This document shows positions 17,526 through 27,328 of a stretch of 64,000 bases of DNA, one piece after another. Every line of letters starts with the position of its first letter. The first letter of the stretch is position 1. Under the pieces are notes generated by a model that did not search any database, was not told the origin of the DNA, and saw nothing but the letters and a program-made list of their open reading frames with translations. A program made the translations under genes and the position numbers. Source of the DNA: Saccharofermentanales bacterium. Lineage in GTDB: Bacteria > Bacillota > Clostridia > Saccharofermentanales > DTU023. The DNA lies in assembly GCA_050945515.1 (NCBI GenBank), contig JBMNTB010000002.1:9431-73430 (forward strand), in the 5' to 3' direction.

Positions 17526-20170
17526 ATGCGATAGAACAGACTTTTGATCCAATAGCCAAAGAGCAACAGATATATGATTCATGGTTGAGCAGCAAGGCTT
17601 TTGCTGCGGCTCCCAATCGGAATAAGGAACCATATTGTATTGTGATGCCGCCGCCCAATATCACTGGACGTCTGCATATGGGGCATGCCCTGGACAATAC
17701 TTTACAGGATATCTTAATCCGCTGGCGACGCCTGCAAGGTTATGAGGCCTTATGGTTGCCCGGCACAGATCATGCTGCGATTGCCACGGAAGCTAGAATT
17801 GTGGAAGCTATGCGCGAAGAGGGGCTGACTAAAGAAGAGCTTGGGCGTGAAGGATTTATGGCTAAAGCCTGGGAGTGGAAAGAGCTTTATGGCGGGGCCA
17901 TTACCAATCAGCTGGCAAGACTGGGTGCTTCCTGTGACTGGGATCGCGAACGATTTACAATGGATGATAAACTGTCCCATGCAGTCAATGAAGTTTTCGT
18001 CAGACTGTACAACAAAGGGCTGATCTATCGTGGTGAGCGTATTATCAACTGGTGTCCTCATTGTCTGACCACAATTTCCGATGCGGAAGTTGAATATACT
18101 GATGTCGAAGCTGCTTTCTATTATGTCCGCTATCCTCTGGTTGACGGATCGGCGGATCTGGTTCTGGCGACAACCAGGCCTGAAACCATGTTGGCAGACA
18201 CTGCGGTGGCGGTTCACCCTGCTGATGAGCGCTTTCAATCATTTATTGGCAAGATGGTCAAGCTGCCCCTAACTGATAGAGAAATTCCGGTTATTGCAGA
18301 TCATTATGTTGACCGTGAGTTAGGAACAGGTGTTGTTAAAATTACACCGGCCCACGATCCGAATGACTTTGAAATCGGTCTCCGACATGATTTGCCGATT
18401 ATCAATTTATTGACTGAAGATGCATATTTGAATGAACATGGCGGCCGCTATGCCGGTATGAATGTTGAAGAGGCCAGAAGAGAGATCGTGAAGGATCTCC
18501 GGGAGGGAGGCTTCCTGGTTAGGAGCGAGCAGTTGAATCATGCAGTAGGTACCTGTTATCGCTGTGCTACTGTCGTGGAACCGCGTATTTCTTTGCAGTG
18601 GTTTGTCAAAATGTCAGATTTGGTAAAACCTGCAATTGAAGTAGTGCGAGAAGGTAAAATCGATTTTGTTCCGGAGAGATTTGCGAAAACATATTTCAAC
18701 TGGATGGAAAATTCCCGCGACTGGTGCATCTCGCGTCAATTATGGTGGGGACATCGCATTCCAGTCTGGTATTGTACCGACTGTGGCAAGCATAGTGTGG
18801 CTACGACAACTCCTGACAGCTGCCATCATTGCGGTAAATCTTCCTTAGTTCAGGACGAGGATACTTTGGATACTTGGTTTTCTTCAGCATTGTGGCCATT
18901 CTCGACTCTGGGTTGGCCCGAGCAGACTGAAGAATTGGCTTACTTTTATCCGACGGATGTTTTGGTGACCGGCTATGATATTATTACTTTCTGGGTTTCG
19001 CGCATGATATTTTCGGCGCTGGAGCATACCGATCAAATTCCGTTTCGCTATGTTTTTGTCCATGGACTGGTTCGTGATGCACTGGGCAGAAAAATGTCTA
19101 AATCGTTGAAAAATGGTATTGATCCGATGGAAGTGATAGATAACTATGGGGCTGATGCACTGCGCTATGCCTTGGTCATTGGTAGCGCACCTGGTAATGA
19201 TCAACGTTTCCAAAATGAAAAAATTGAAGCCGGACGCAATTTCATGAATAAAATATGGAATGCGCTGCGCTTCGTAGTTTTGAATTTTGATCAGGAGATG
19301 GATTTTTCCTCTGTTAAGGACTCCGACTTGGCTCTGGAGGATCGCTGGATACTGGCAGAACTGAATGACACGATTCGCGAAGTAGAGCGCAATCTGGAAA
19401 ATTTTGAGATCGGTCTGGCTTTGACTAAGATATATTCTTTCCTGTGGGATCTCTACTGTGATTGGTATATTGAGGCTGTAAAGCCCAGACTGCTGGAGAA
19501 AGGCAGTCAGTCGAGACTTAGCGCGCAGTTTACTCTCAATCATGTCTTAATTCAGACTATCACTTTGTTACATCCTTTCATGCCATTTGTAACAGAAGAA
19601 ATCTATCGGCATCTGATCCATGATCAGGGTCAATTAATTAGAGCAGACTGGCCACTGTCTAAGTCTGATTATGATTTTAAGTTGGAACAGGAACAGATGC
19701 ATATTCTGATGGAAGCCGTCCGGCAGGTCAGAAATATCCGGGCAGAATATAAGCTGCCGCCACAGCAGGAGATCAAGCTAATGGTCTTAAGCAGTGATCA
19801 AGATATTTTAACCTTGTTCTCTGAGAACAGTCTCTTCATGAAGAGACTGGCGCGGGCAGGAGAAATTTCCTGTCATTCAGATCGCAATGCGATCCCTGCC
19901 GATGCAGTGCAAATCCAATTCCCCGGCGGAGAGATCTTCATTCCCTTGCAAGAGCTATTGGATATTGAGGTTGAAATAGAGCGCCTGACAACTGAAGCCG
20001 ATAGACTTCAAAGTGAAATTAAACGAGCAGAAAAGAAACTGGCAAATGCTAATTTCGTGACTAAGGCGCCGCCGCATATTGTATCGCTGGAGAAAGACAA
20101 AATCGAAAAATACAGCGGCATGCTGGAAAATATCAAAAACAGACGCGACAAATTGATGTCAATGATATGA
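17513..20170 (+). CDS. valS: valine--tRNA ligase
   Basis: The class I motifs PPNITGRLHMGHA (HIGH) and KMSKS are present, plus a C-terminal coiled coil. AGGAGA lies upstream. The start overlaps the preceding ORF by 13 nt. Confidence 0.97.
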   Translation: MARIDAIEQTFDPIAKEQQIYDSWLSSKAFAAAPNRNKEPYCIVMPPPNITGRLHMGHALDNTLQDILIRWRRLQGYEALWLPGTDHAAIATEARIVEAMREEGLTKEELGREGFMAKAWEWKELYGGAITNQLARLGASCDWDRERFTMDDKLSHAVNEVFVRLYNKGLIYRGERIINWCPHCLTTISDAEVEYTDVEAAFYYVRYPLVDGSADLVLATTRPETMLADTAVAVHPADERFQSFIGKMVKLPLTDREIPVIADHYVDRELGTGVVKITPAHDPNDFEIGLRHDLPIINLLTEDAYLNEHGGRYAGMNVEEARREIVKDLREGGFLVRSEQLNHAVGTCYRCATVVEPRISLQWFVKMSDLVKPAIEVVREGKIDFVPERFAKTYFNWMENSRDWCISRQLWWGHRIPVWYCTDCGKHSVATTTPDSCHHCGKSSLVQDEDTLDTWFSSALWPFSTLGWPEQTEELAYFYPTDVLVTGYDIITFWVSRMIFSALEHTDQIPFRYVFVHGLVRDALGRKMSKSLKNGIDPMEVIDNYGADALRYALVIGSAPGNDQRFQNEKIEAGRNFMNKIWNALRFVVLNFDQEMDFSSVKDSDLALEDRWILAELNDTIREVERNLENFEIGLALTKIYSFLWDLYCDWYIEAVKPRLLEKGSQSRLSAQFTLNHVLIQTITLLHPFMPFVTEEIYRHLIHDQGQLIRADWPLSKSDYDFKLEQEQMHILMEAVRQVRNIRAEYKLPPQQEIKLMVLSSDQDILTLFSENSLFMKRLARAGEISCHSDRNAIPADAVQIQFPGGEIFIPLQELLDIEVEIERLTTEADRLQSEIKRAEKKLANANFVTKAPPHIVSLEKDKIEKYSGMLENIKNRRDKLMSMI

Positions 20171-20227
20171 TAATTATATAACCGGTTTTAAACCAATATA
20201 TTCAATGGTTGTGGAAAGGGGAGAAAA

Positions 20228-21169
20228 ATGCCATTAGTATCTACAAGAGACATGTTTAAGAAAGCCTATGAGGGTGGCTATGCAATTGGTGCCTTCAATG
20301 TCAACAATATGGAGATTATCCAGGGTATCGTCAATGTAGCCACAAAGTTGAGAGCGCCTTTGATTTTGCAAGTATCTGCCGGCGCCAGGAAATATGCCAA
20401 TCAGACGTATCTGCTCAAATTGGTCGAAGCGGCTATTATCGAATCCAATCTGCCCATTGCTTTACATCTGGATCATGGGGATAGCTTTGAATTGTGTAAG
20501 AATGTAATTGATGGCGGTTTTACATCAGTTATGATTGATGGTTCACATTTGCCCTATGAAGAAAATGTTGCTTTAGTGCAGAGAGTGGTGGATTATGCTC
20601 ACAACCATGATCCTTATATTACTGTTGAAGCTGAATTGGGTCGTTTAGAGGGCGTGGAAGATGATGTTAAGGTTAGTGCAGAAGATGCATCATATACTGA
20701 CCCTGAACAGGTCGAGGACTTTGTGACCAGGACAGGATGTGATTCTCTGGCGATAGCGATTGGGACTAGTCACGGTGCCTATAAGTTCAAGCCCGGACAA
20801 AAACCACAGCTGAGATTTGATATCCTGGAAGAAATTCAAAAATTATTGCCGGGCTTTCCTATCGTTCTGCATGGTGCCAGCTCAGTAGTTCCCGAATATG
20901 TAGAAATGATCAATCAGCACGGCGGGAATATGCCTGACGCCATTGGCATACCTGAGAGTATGCTCCGCCAGGCAGCTCAGATGGCAGTTTGTAAGATTAA
21001 CATAGATAGTGATCTCCGCCTGGCTATGACCGGCACAATTCGTAAATTCATGGCTGATAATCCGGCAGAATTTGATCCGCGTAAATATCTGGGCCCCGCC
21101 AGGGATGCTATTGAAAAAATGGTTGCCCATAAAATAGTGAATGTACTGGGTTGTGATGGGAAAGCCTGA
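20228..21169 (+). CDS. fba: class II fructose-1,6-bisphosphate aldolase
   Basis: Motifs seen: GYAIGAFNVNNME, ALHLDHG, IGTSHGAYKF, LVLHGASS. GGGGAG lies upstream. Confidence 0.93.
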   Translation: MPLVSTRDMFKKAYEGGYAIGAFNVNNMEIIQGIVNVATKLRAPLILQVSAGARKYANQTYLLKLVEAAIIESNLPIALHLDHGDSFELCKNVIDGGFTSVMIDGSHLPYEENVALVQRVVDYAHNHDPYITVEAELGRLEGVEDDVKVSAEDASYTDPEQVEDFVTRTGCDSLAIAIGTSHGAYKFKPGQKPQLRFDILEEIQKLLPGFPIVLHGASSVVPEYVEMINQHGGNMPDAIGIPESMLRQAAQMAVCKINIDSDLRLAMTGTIRKFMADNPAEFDPRKYLGPARDAIEKMVAHKIVNVLGCDGKA

Positions 21170-23201
21170 GATAGTTCAGTCTGAAGAGTCAAAGGCCCAA
21201 GAGAGAATCATTCGCCTTAGTGCACAACTGCGGCAATACAATCACCAATATTATGATCTTGATCAGCCGACTATCTCTGATGCCGAATATGATTTTCTGC
21301 TGCAGGAGCTGATCAGCTTAGAGCAGCAATGGCCGGAGTTTGTTGTGCCTGATTCACCGACGCAGGTGGTAGGGGGGCAAGCTGATTCTGCTTTAGGCCA
21401 GATCAGGCATCGTGTGCCGATGTTATCGCTCCAGGATGTTTTTTCCTGGAGCGATGTGGCTGATTTTACACAGCGAATTCGACAAGTAGATAAGAAGGCA
21501 TTATTTGTTGTTGAAAGAAAGATTGATGGTCTTTCTCTCAGTATTCGCTATCACAATGGAGTAATGGTTCAGGCAGTAACACGGGGTGATGGTGAATTTT
21601 TCGGCGAGGATGCTACGAAAAATGCACGGGAACTATCAGGTATTCCCACCTCTATTGACCCCTCGATTGTTGATCTGGAAGTCCGGGGCGAAGTCTATAT
21701 GCTGGTATCTGACTTTCAAGATATTAATCGAGTTTTGGAAGATCAAAATCAAAAAACATATGCCAATCCGCGCAATCTGGCCTCCGGTACGATGCGCCAA
21801 CTGGATTCCCAAATTGTTAGAGAGAGAAAACTCAGATTTTTTGTCTTCAATCTTCAGTTGATGGAGCCGAACATTTTTGACAGCCATGCAGAATCCTTGC
21901 ATTGGTTGGAAACACAAGGTTTTTCGGTCAGTCCCGGTTTTGTTGTCTGCAGATCGGATCAAGAGGTTGAGGAAGCTATAAGCGGGATTGGCGAGCTACG
22001 GGGTCAGATAGATTATGCGATAGATGGCGCAGTGATCAAAGTTGATGATCTGGATCTGCGGAGCAGATTGGGCACTACTAGCAAAGTGCCTCGCTGGGCG
22101 GTAGCATTTAAGTATCCTCCGGAGGAGAAGAGTACTTTGCTCCGGGATATTATTGTTCAGGTTGGGCGAACCGGTCGTATCACACCAATGGCGATCCTGG
22201 AGCCGGTACATTTGGCTGGAACTCTGGTCAGTAGAGCTACATTGCATAATCAGGGCTATATTGATGCACTTGATATCAGAGTCGGGGATACCGTTCGGGT
22301 TCATAAGAGCGGTGAAATTATTCCGGCAGTTATCGGAGTCGACTTTGAAAAACGTCCTGAAGGGGCTGAAAGATTTGTGCTTCCGTCAAATTGCCCTGTC
22401 TGTGGTGCAGATACGGTCTATATTGATGACGGAGCGGATTTGTTTTGTACCGGCCTTGATTGCCCGGCCCAGTTATCCCGACATCTGGTCTATTTTGCTT
22501 CCCGAGCGGCTATGGACATAGCCGGCTTAGGTTCAGCAACTGTGGAAGCATTGATGGATCATGGTTATCTCAAGAGCATAGCTGATATATATAAGTTATT
22601 TTCTCGACGTGCCGAACTGATCAATCAGGGCATTGTAGGTCGACAACGCTCAGTCGACAATTTGCTGGCGCAGATTGAAAAATCCAAACAAAATCCTCTC
22701 TATCAGCTGTTATCCGGCCTGGGCATCCCGGGAGTAGGACGCCAGACGGCACGAAATATTGCTGCAGCAATGGGTTCAATGGAAAAGTTAAGTGAAGCTG
22801 AAACTGAGGATTTTCTTCGGATTCCTGATGTGGGAAAGATCACGGCAGATAATCTCTACAGATTCTTCAGGCAAGATCAGAACAGGCATCTTTTGGAGGA
22901 GCTCGCTGCAGCGGGAGTCAGAATGTTTGATGAGAAACCAGTATTGACGGAGACACCACTGTCAAATCTGAACTTTGTTATTACCGGCAGTTTCTCGGAT
23001 TTGAGTAGAGAGCAGTTTACTAGGTTAATTGAAAATGCAGGGGGCAGAGTATCGGAATCTGTTTCTAAAAAAACTGATTATGTCATTGCGGGAGAGAAAG
23101 CAGGAAGTAAAATTGACAAGGCTAATTCTTTGGGGATTAGTATTATCAGCTGGGATGAATTCTTTGCCCTTTTCCCCGACCTTGCAGTAACAAAGGAATG
23201 A
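21156..23201 (+). CDS. ligA: NAD-dependent DNA ligase
   Basis: The adenylation motif is VVERKIDGLS. A four-Cys zinc finger (CPVCGA..CTGLDC), HhH repeats and a C-terminal BRCT are present. The ATG at 21156 overlaps the fba stop by 14 nt. Confidence 0.95.
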   Translation: MGKPEIVQSEESKAQERIIRLSAQLRQYNHQYYDLDQPTISDAEYDFLLQELISLEQQWPEFVVPDSPTQVVGGQADSALGQIRHRVPMLSLQDVFSWSDVADFTQRIRQVDKKALFVVERKIDGLSLSIRYHNGVMVQAVTRGDGEFFGEDATKNARELSGIPTSIDPSIVDLEVRGEVYMLVSDFQDINRVLEDQNQKTYANPRNLASGTMRQLDSQIVRERKLRFFVFNLQLMEPNIFDSHAESLHWLETQGFSVSPGFVVCRSDQEVEEAISGIGELRGQIDYAIDGAVIKVDDLDLRSRLGTTSKVPRWAVAFKYPPEEKSTLLRDIIVQVGRTGRITPMAILEPVHLAGTLVSRATLHNQGYIDALDIRVGDTVRVHKSGEIIPAVIGVDFEKRPEGAERFVLPSNCPVCGADTVYIDDGADLFCTGLDCPAQLSRHLVYFASRAAMDIAGLGSATVEALMDHGYLKSIADIYKLFSRRAELINQGIVGRQRSVDNLLAQIEKSKQNPLYQLLSGLGIPGVGRQTARNIAAAMGSMEKLSEAETEDFLRIPDVGKITADNLYRFFRQDQNRHLLEELAAAGVRMFDEKPVLTETPLSNLNFVITGSFSDLSREQFTRLIENAGGRVSESVSKKTDYVIAGEKAGSKIDKANSLGISIISWDEFFALFPDLAVTKE

Positions 23202-23208
23202 AACCAAG

Positions 23209-23634
23209 ATGAAAATATATTTTGTATTTGGTCTGCTTGTCAGTCTCTTATTAGTTCTTTTTCTAATCAAAATTTTGATTACTCTGCTCCGTGTGAATTG
23301 GAATCATAATAATCAAAAGTGGTATTCATATCTGTTCCCGGTAATCATAGCTATCGTAATAGCTTGGTCCACTGTAACTCAACTTTATCCCAGACTGATG
23401 GATTTGGTTCAACTGGCAAATGGTCATTATAATTTAACGGAAGCCGTTTTGACCCCAAATGATATCAAAGGGAACTATATAGTCATAAATGATACCCGCT
23501 ATTATCACTCTCCTTTAGGTTATGATTGGCCTATAGGGGATAAATTACAGATCATGTCCTCACCAAATATGAATTATGTGATTCGTTTCACTGCAGTTAA
23601 AGAAGCTAGCCCGGATGATGCGAATGATCCTTAA
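23209..23634 (+). CDS. hypothetical membrane protein
   Basis: The 141 aa protein has two N-terminal hydrophobic segments. The gene is visibly AT-rich. I recognise no family. Confidence 0.5.
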   Translation: MKIYFVFGLLVSLLLVLFLIKILITLLRVNWNHNNQKWYSYLFPVIIAIVIAWSTVTQLYPRLMDLVQLANGHYNLTEAVLTPNDIKGNYIVINDTRYYHSPLGYDWPIGDKLQIMSSPNMNYVIRFTAVKEASPDDANDP

Positions 23635-23822
23635 TGCTTTAGTCGGATTATATTGGCCAGTGACAGACAAGCACTTACTGGGCTTGAGTTATAGATATTA
23701 CAGTATAGAAAATTTTGCTAAAACCGGAGTTCAGCACGGGATTTGTTGTGACAAAAGCTGGATAGTAAGAAGCTTTTAAATATCAATACTATGCAAGAAA
23801 AAATATAAACGAGAGGGGGATA

Positions 23823-24578
23823 ATGAAAAACAATATAGAGGAGAGGGGGATAGTATTGGTGAACAGAAATGAAATAGATCAAAGAGTTTCAGGGAAATAT
23901 CCTGACGGGACCTTTTGTGTTCCAAGTTTTCCGCACATGAACGGTTTATCTGCCAAGCCGGATTCTCTCATTCACATTTATCTTGCCGCTTCGGACAAGG
24001 ATTTGTTGAATCAGGTCAATAGAATTCTCCAGAAAAGAGGCCTGATGGGTCTGGTTGATATGTCAGGCAGAATCAAATTTGTTTTGGACGGTAGAAGGGG
24101 AGCTAGTTATGCTGCCAGGAGATTCAGTGATTATGCCTCAGAAGTAGCTTTATCTTTTCGGGATCAGTTAGCGGCCGATGATTCCTTAGTAGAATCATGC
24201 ATCAACAACATAATGAGCGGATATGGTTTTAGAACCAGATTGAGGGGCTATGTACTACTGAGGAGAATGCTGTTTTTAGCTTTCAGGGATCCGGCATTGA
24301 TCAGTCCGATTACCAAACGCCTTTATCCTGTGATAGCTGAGGAATTTCGGATCACTTTGCCGCAAATAGAACGAAATCTACGCTATTTGATTAAGACTCT
24401 ATTGGATGATGAGGCGAGCGCTTTAAGACAGGGCAAGAATAAAGACCAAAAAGCCTTTTGGTTATCTTGTGATAATCAAGAAGGTAAACCAACTATAACT
24501 TCTACTTTAGCCAGATTACATGACCAAGTTATGAAGGAGTTTCGGTCACAACTGTCTCAAAAACAGAACACATGCTAA
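23823..24578 (+). CDS. Spo0A C-terminal (effector/DNA-binding) domain protein lacking a receiver domain
   Basis: RLRGYVLLRRMLFLAFRDPALISPITKRLYPVIAEEFRITLPQIERNLRYLIKTL parallels B. subtilis Spo0A HIKGYLYLREAISMV...[34 protein letters not shown]. The start could be the ATG at 23823 or the in-frame TTG/GTG at 23856/23859. Confidence 0.7.
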   Translation: MKNNIEERGIVLVNRNEIDQRVSGKYPDGTFCVPSFPHMNGLSAKPDSLIHIYLAASDKDLLNQVNRILQKRGLMGLVDMSGRIKFVLDGRRGASYAARRFSDYASEVALSFRDQLAADDSLVESCINNIMSGYGFRTRLRGYVLLRRMLFLAFRDPALISPITKRLYPVIAEEFRITLPQIERNLRYLIKTLLDDEASALRQGKNKDQKAFWLSCDNQEGKPTITSTLARLHDQVMKEFRSQLSQKQNTC

Positions 24579-24694
24579 TGTCTCCATCGTATATTTTGCT
24601 TTGCATGTTTTATCCAAGTTGAGAAAGCAGGATACGGTAGCAATGTGGAGAATATAAAGTCATATTGGATAATACTGTCTATTATGAAGGCGCA

Positions 24695-24731
24695 AAACAA
24701 ACCACCGGATTACTTAGCCGGTGGTTTGTTT
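24695..24731 (-). terminator. rho-independent terminator of hup (minus strand)
   Basis: A 14-bp perfect stem aaacaaaccaccgg/ccggtggtttgttt is present. The minus-strand reading ends in a T-rich tail, 20 nt after the hup stop. Confidence 0.6.
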
Positions 24732-24751
24732 AAATGAACTGGATAATAGAT

Positions 24752-25027
24752 TTAGTTGTTGACTTTTTCTTTTAGATTTTTACCGGCTTTAAAGACGGGT
24801 GCTTTAGACGCAGGAATATGAATTTCCTCTTTAGTGCTTGGATTGCGGCCTTTCCGGGCAGCACGCTGACGCACTTCAAATGTGCCAAAGCCAACCAATA
24901 CGACTTTTTCCCCCTCGGCGAGAGTATCGGTAATTGTGTTTAGCACTGCATTGATGGCCAATTCACTATCTTTTTTACTAAGCTTGGTTTTTTTGGCAAC
25001 TGCATCAATTAGATCAGTCTTGTTCAT
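24752..25027 (-). CDS. hup: DNA-binding protein HU
   Basis: [29 protein letters not shown]...[42 protein letters not shown] is the canonical HU sequence. AAGGAGG lies upstream. Confidence 0.93.
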   Translation of the reverse strand: MNKTDLIDAVAKKTKLSKKDSELAINAVLNTITDTLAEGEKVVLVGFGTFEVRQRAARKGRNPSTKEEIHIPASKAPVFKAGKNLKEKVNN

Positions 25028-25060
25028 GGAAAACCTCCTTGGAGTCTTGATTCTTCCCTA

Positions 25061-25089
25061 TTATTAACTATGGTTTTATATAATGTCAA
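25061..25089 (-). promoter_or_regulatory. candidate sigma-A promoter for hup
   Basis: The minus strand reads TTGACA (complement of 25084-25089), a 17-nt spacer, then TAATAA (complement of 25061-25066). Confidence 0.35.
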
Positions 25090-25214
25090 GCCTGAAAGTG
25101 CCTAACTACAATGTTTTGAGCCTTTTCGGCAATAATTGTTGCGGTTTTTTTAGTGGTAAGATACTATGGGTTAATAAAATCATTAGTTTTTTATGCTTAT
25201 TGGGGGTAAATACT

Positions 25215-25427
25215 ATGACCGCACAGGTTACTAAAGACATGCTGGTTTCCGACATTATCGAACAGGATCGGAACTTGGCCGGAGTATTTTTCGCCTATGG
25301 CTTATATTGTTTGGGCTGTGTGATGGCTCGCCATGAAACCCTGGAGCAGGCTTGCCAGGTGCATGGCATTGATGTAGAAGCACTTGTCCGGGATCTGAAC
25401 CAGTATTTGGAGAAAAACGCAAACTAA
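25215..25427 (+). CDS. DUF1858-type small redox-disulfide protein (hybrid-cluster-protein-associated family)
   Basis: The 70 aa protein reads MTAQVTKDMLVSDIIEQDRNLAGVFFAYGLYCLGCVMARHETLEQAC..HGIDVEAL, with a CxxC motif. GGGGG lies before the ATG at 25215. The 44-aa upstream extension of the track ORF has no support. Confidence 0.7.
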   Translation: MTAQVTKDMLVSDIIEQDRNLAGVFFAYGLYCLGCVMARHETLEQACQVHGIDVEALVRDLNQYLEKNAN

Positions 25428-25441
25428 TCTGATCAGCTACT

Positions 25442-27310
25442 ATGAGAAAACCTGTACGCAGAATCACACCTAAGAAAGCATTTCTTCTGGCTTATGATGC
25501 AATAGCATCTGTTATTGCAATTCTCTTAGCATTTTTTCTATTTGATACTGAGTTATATCTGACGCCGCAAACCTTTGAGCGCTTTAAAAATACTTGGTAT
25601 ATCTATCTGCTAACCTCAATCGTGGTTTTTTATCTGATCGGTTTTTATGATCAAATGTGGGCTTACGCAAGTGGAGTAACCTACCTGATTCTGGTGGCTG
25701 GCGTAACATTTCAGATGCTTTTGTCTTTAATTATTACCCAGATTATCGGGCAAAGGCTGCCTTTTCAAGTCTATATTATCTACTGGTTTTTGCTCTTTAC
25801 CGCAGTCGCAGCGATTCGTTTTATTTACCGCCTGACCAGATCGAAAAATGTTCTATCACGTCTGTATCGAAATAATAGGAGATTTTCCACTGAACCTTTA
25901 ATCCGTGTTATGATCGTCGGGGCCGGTATGGCCGGCAGTCAGTTGATTACAGAATTACAAAGACAGAATAAACGGATTCCTTTGCTGGCGGTTGACGACA
26001 ATAAGCTCAAGCAAACTTTTAAAGTAAATGGAGTTCCTGTTCTGGGTACTAGGTACGATATCCCGGATCTGGCCAAAGAGTATAAAATTGATGAAATCAT
26101 CTTAGCTATACCCAACGCTTCCAGTAAAAATATCCGCGAAATTATTGAGATCTGTCAGCAGACGAAATGTGATATTAAAATTGTTCCTTTCCTCAGCAAT
26201 GCAGTGGAAGGACGTTCCAATCTTGGAGCGATCAGAGACATTGACATCCAAGATCTTTTGGGTAGAGAACCTGTTGTTTTGGATACTGCCGGTATCAGTG
26301 AAAAATTAAAGAATAAAAAAGTGCTGGTCACAGGAGGCGGTGGCTCGATTGGTTCGGAACTGTGTCGACAGATCGCCTCTTTTATGCCTTCGACAATCCT
26401 GATTTTTGATATTTATGAAAATAATGCCTACTCATTACAATTGGAGCTGTGCAGGGATTATCCTTTCGTTAAGACTCAGGTGTTGATCGGTTCCGTGCGC
26501 GATAGAGAACGGGTTGATGAAGTTTTTAAAATTTGGAAACCTGACCTGGTATATCACGCAGCTGCCCATAAGCATGTTCCTTTGATGGAAGATAATCCAT
26601 GCGAAGCAGTTAAGAACAATGTGTATGGTACATTTAATGTAGCTGATGCTGCAGGGAAGTATAAAGCGGAAAAGTTTGTGCTTATTTCTACGGATAAAGC
26701 AGTCAATCCGACCAATGTTATGGGTGCGACTAAAAGGCTGGCTGAGATCACAACTCTTGCCATAAATATGAAGTACCCTGCCACTACCTTTGCCTGTGTT
26801 AGATTCGGCAATGTGTTGGGCAGTGAGGGCAGTGTCATACCTTTGTTTAAAATGCAGATCCAAATGGAGAGGCGAGTCACCGTAACGCATCCGGATATCA
26901 AACGCTTTTTTATGACAATTCCGGAAGCTTCCTCCCTGGTAGTGCAGGCCAGTTGCTTTGCCAAGGGCGGAGAAATCTTTATCCTTGATATGGGTCAACC
27001 TGTCAAGATAGTTGACTTAGCAACTGATTTAATCCGGCTCAGCGGGTATGAGCCAAATGTCGATATACCAATACAGTTTATTGGCTTGCGTCCGGGTGAA
27101 AAAATGGTAGAGGAATTGTTTTTGGATGAGGAAACAATCCAGACTGAACATTCCGAGATCTATATTCTTGACCAGATTAATACCACTGAGATGTTGGAGC
27201 AGGAATGGAAGCATCTGAAAAAACTGATCAAATGTCCGCAAAATGCCGATGAGCTGGATCAGCATATGCAAGAATTAATCCATCTGATCAATCCGAAAGC
27301 TGCACAATAG
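25442..27310 (+). CDS. capD: membrane-anchored polysaccharide biosynthesis protein, CapD/WbpM/PglF-like nucleotide-sugar 4,6-dehydratase
   Basis: Four N-terminal TM segments are followed by two Rossmann regions (VMIVGAGMAGS and VLVTGGGGSIGSEL), plus STDKAVNPTNVMGATKR. Confidence 0.85.
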   Translation: MRKPVRRITPKKAFLLAYDAIASVIAILLAFFLFDTELYLTPQTFERFKNTWYIYLLTSIVVFYLIGFYDQMWAYASGVTYLILVAGVTFQMLLSLIITQIIGQRLPFQVYIIYWFLLFTAVAAIRFIYRLTRSKNVLSRLYRNNRRFSTEPLIRVMIVGAGMAGSQLITELQRQNKRIPLLAVDDNKLKQTFKVNGVPVLGTRYDIPDLAKEYKIDEIILAIPNASSKNIREIIEICQQTKCDIKIVPFLSNAVEGRSNLGAIRDIDIQDLLGREPVVLDTAGISEKLKNKKVLVTGGGGSIGSELCRQIASFMPSTILIFDIYENNAYSLQLELCRDYPFVKTQVLIGSVRDRERVDEVFKIWKPDLVYHAAAHKHVPLMEDNPCEAVKNNVYGTFNVADAAGKYKAEKFVLISTDKAVNPTNVMGATKRLAEITTLAINMKYPATTFACVRFGNVLGSEGSVIPLFKMQIQMERRVTVTHPDIKRFFMTIPEASSLVVQASCFAKGGEIFILDMGQPVKIVDLATDLIRLSGYEPNVDIPIQFIGLRPGEKMVEELFLDEETIQTEHSEIYILDQINTTEMLEQEWKHLKKLIKCPQNADELDQHMQELIHLINPKAAQ

Positions 27311-27328
27311 TAAATCGGAGCCAATTTA

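Noticed and set aside
18884-19543. 219-aa ORF antisense to valS (also 17750-18238, 162 aa)
   Set aside because: These are embedded in the conserved valS frame. They have no RBS or family resemblance. Long antisense ORFs are common opposite large conserved genes.
25118-25150. Weak hairpin plus T7 run (cggcaataattgttgcggttttttt) in the leader of the DUF1858 gene, considered as an attenuator
   Set aside because: The stem is only 4-5 bp with a mismatch, which is too weak to call by eye. It needs a folding calculation.
26435-26998. 187-aa and 136-aa ORFs antisense to capD
   Set aside because: They are shadow ORFs within a strongly supported CDS and show no motifs.
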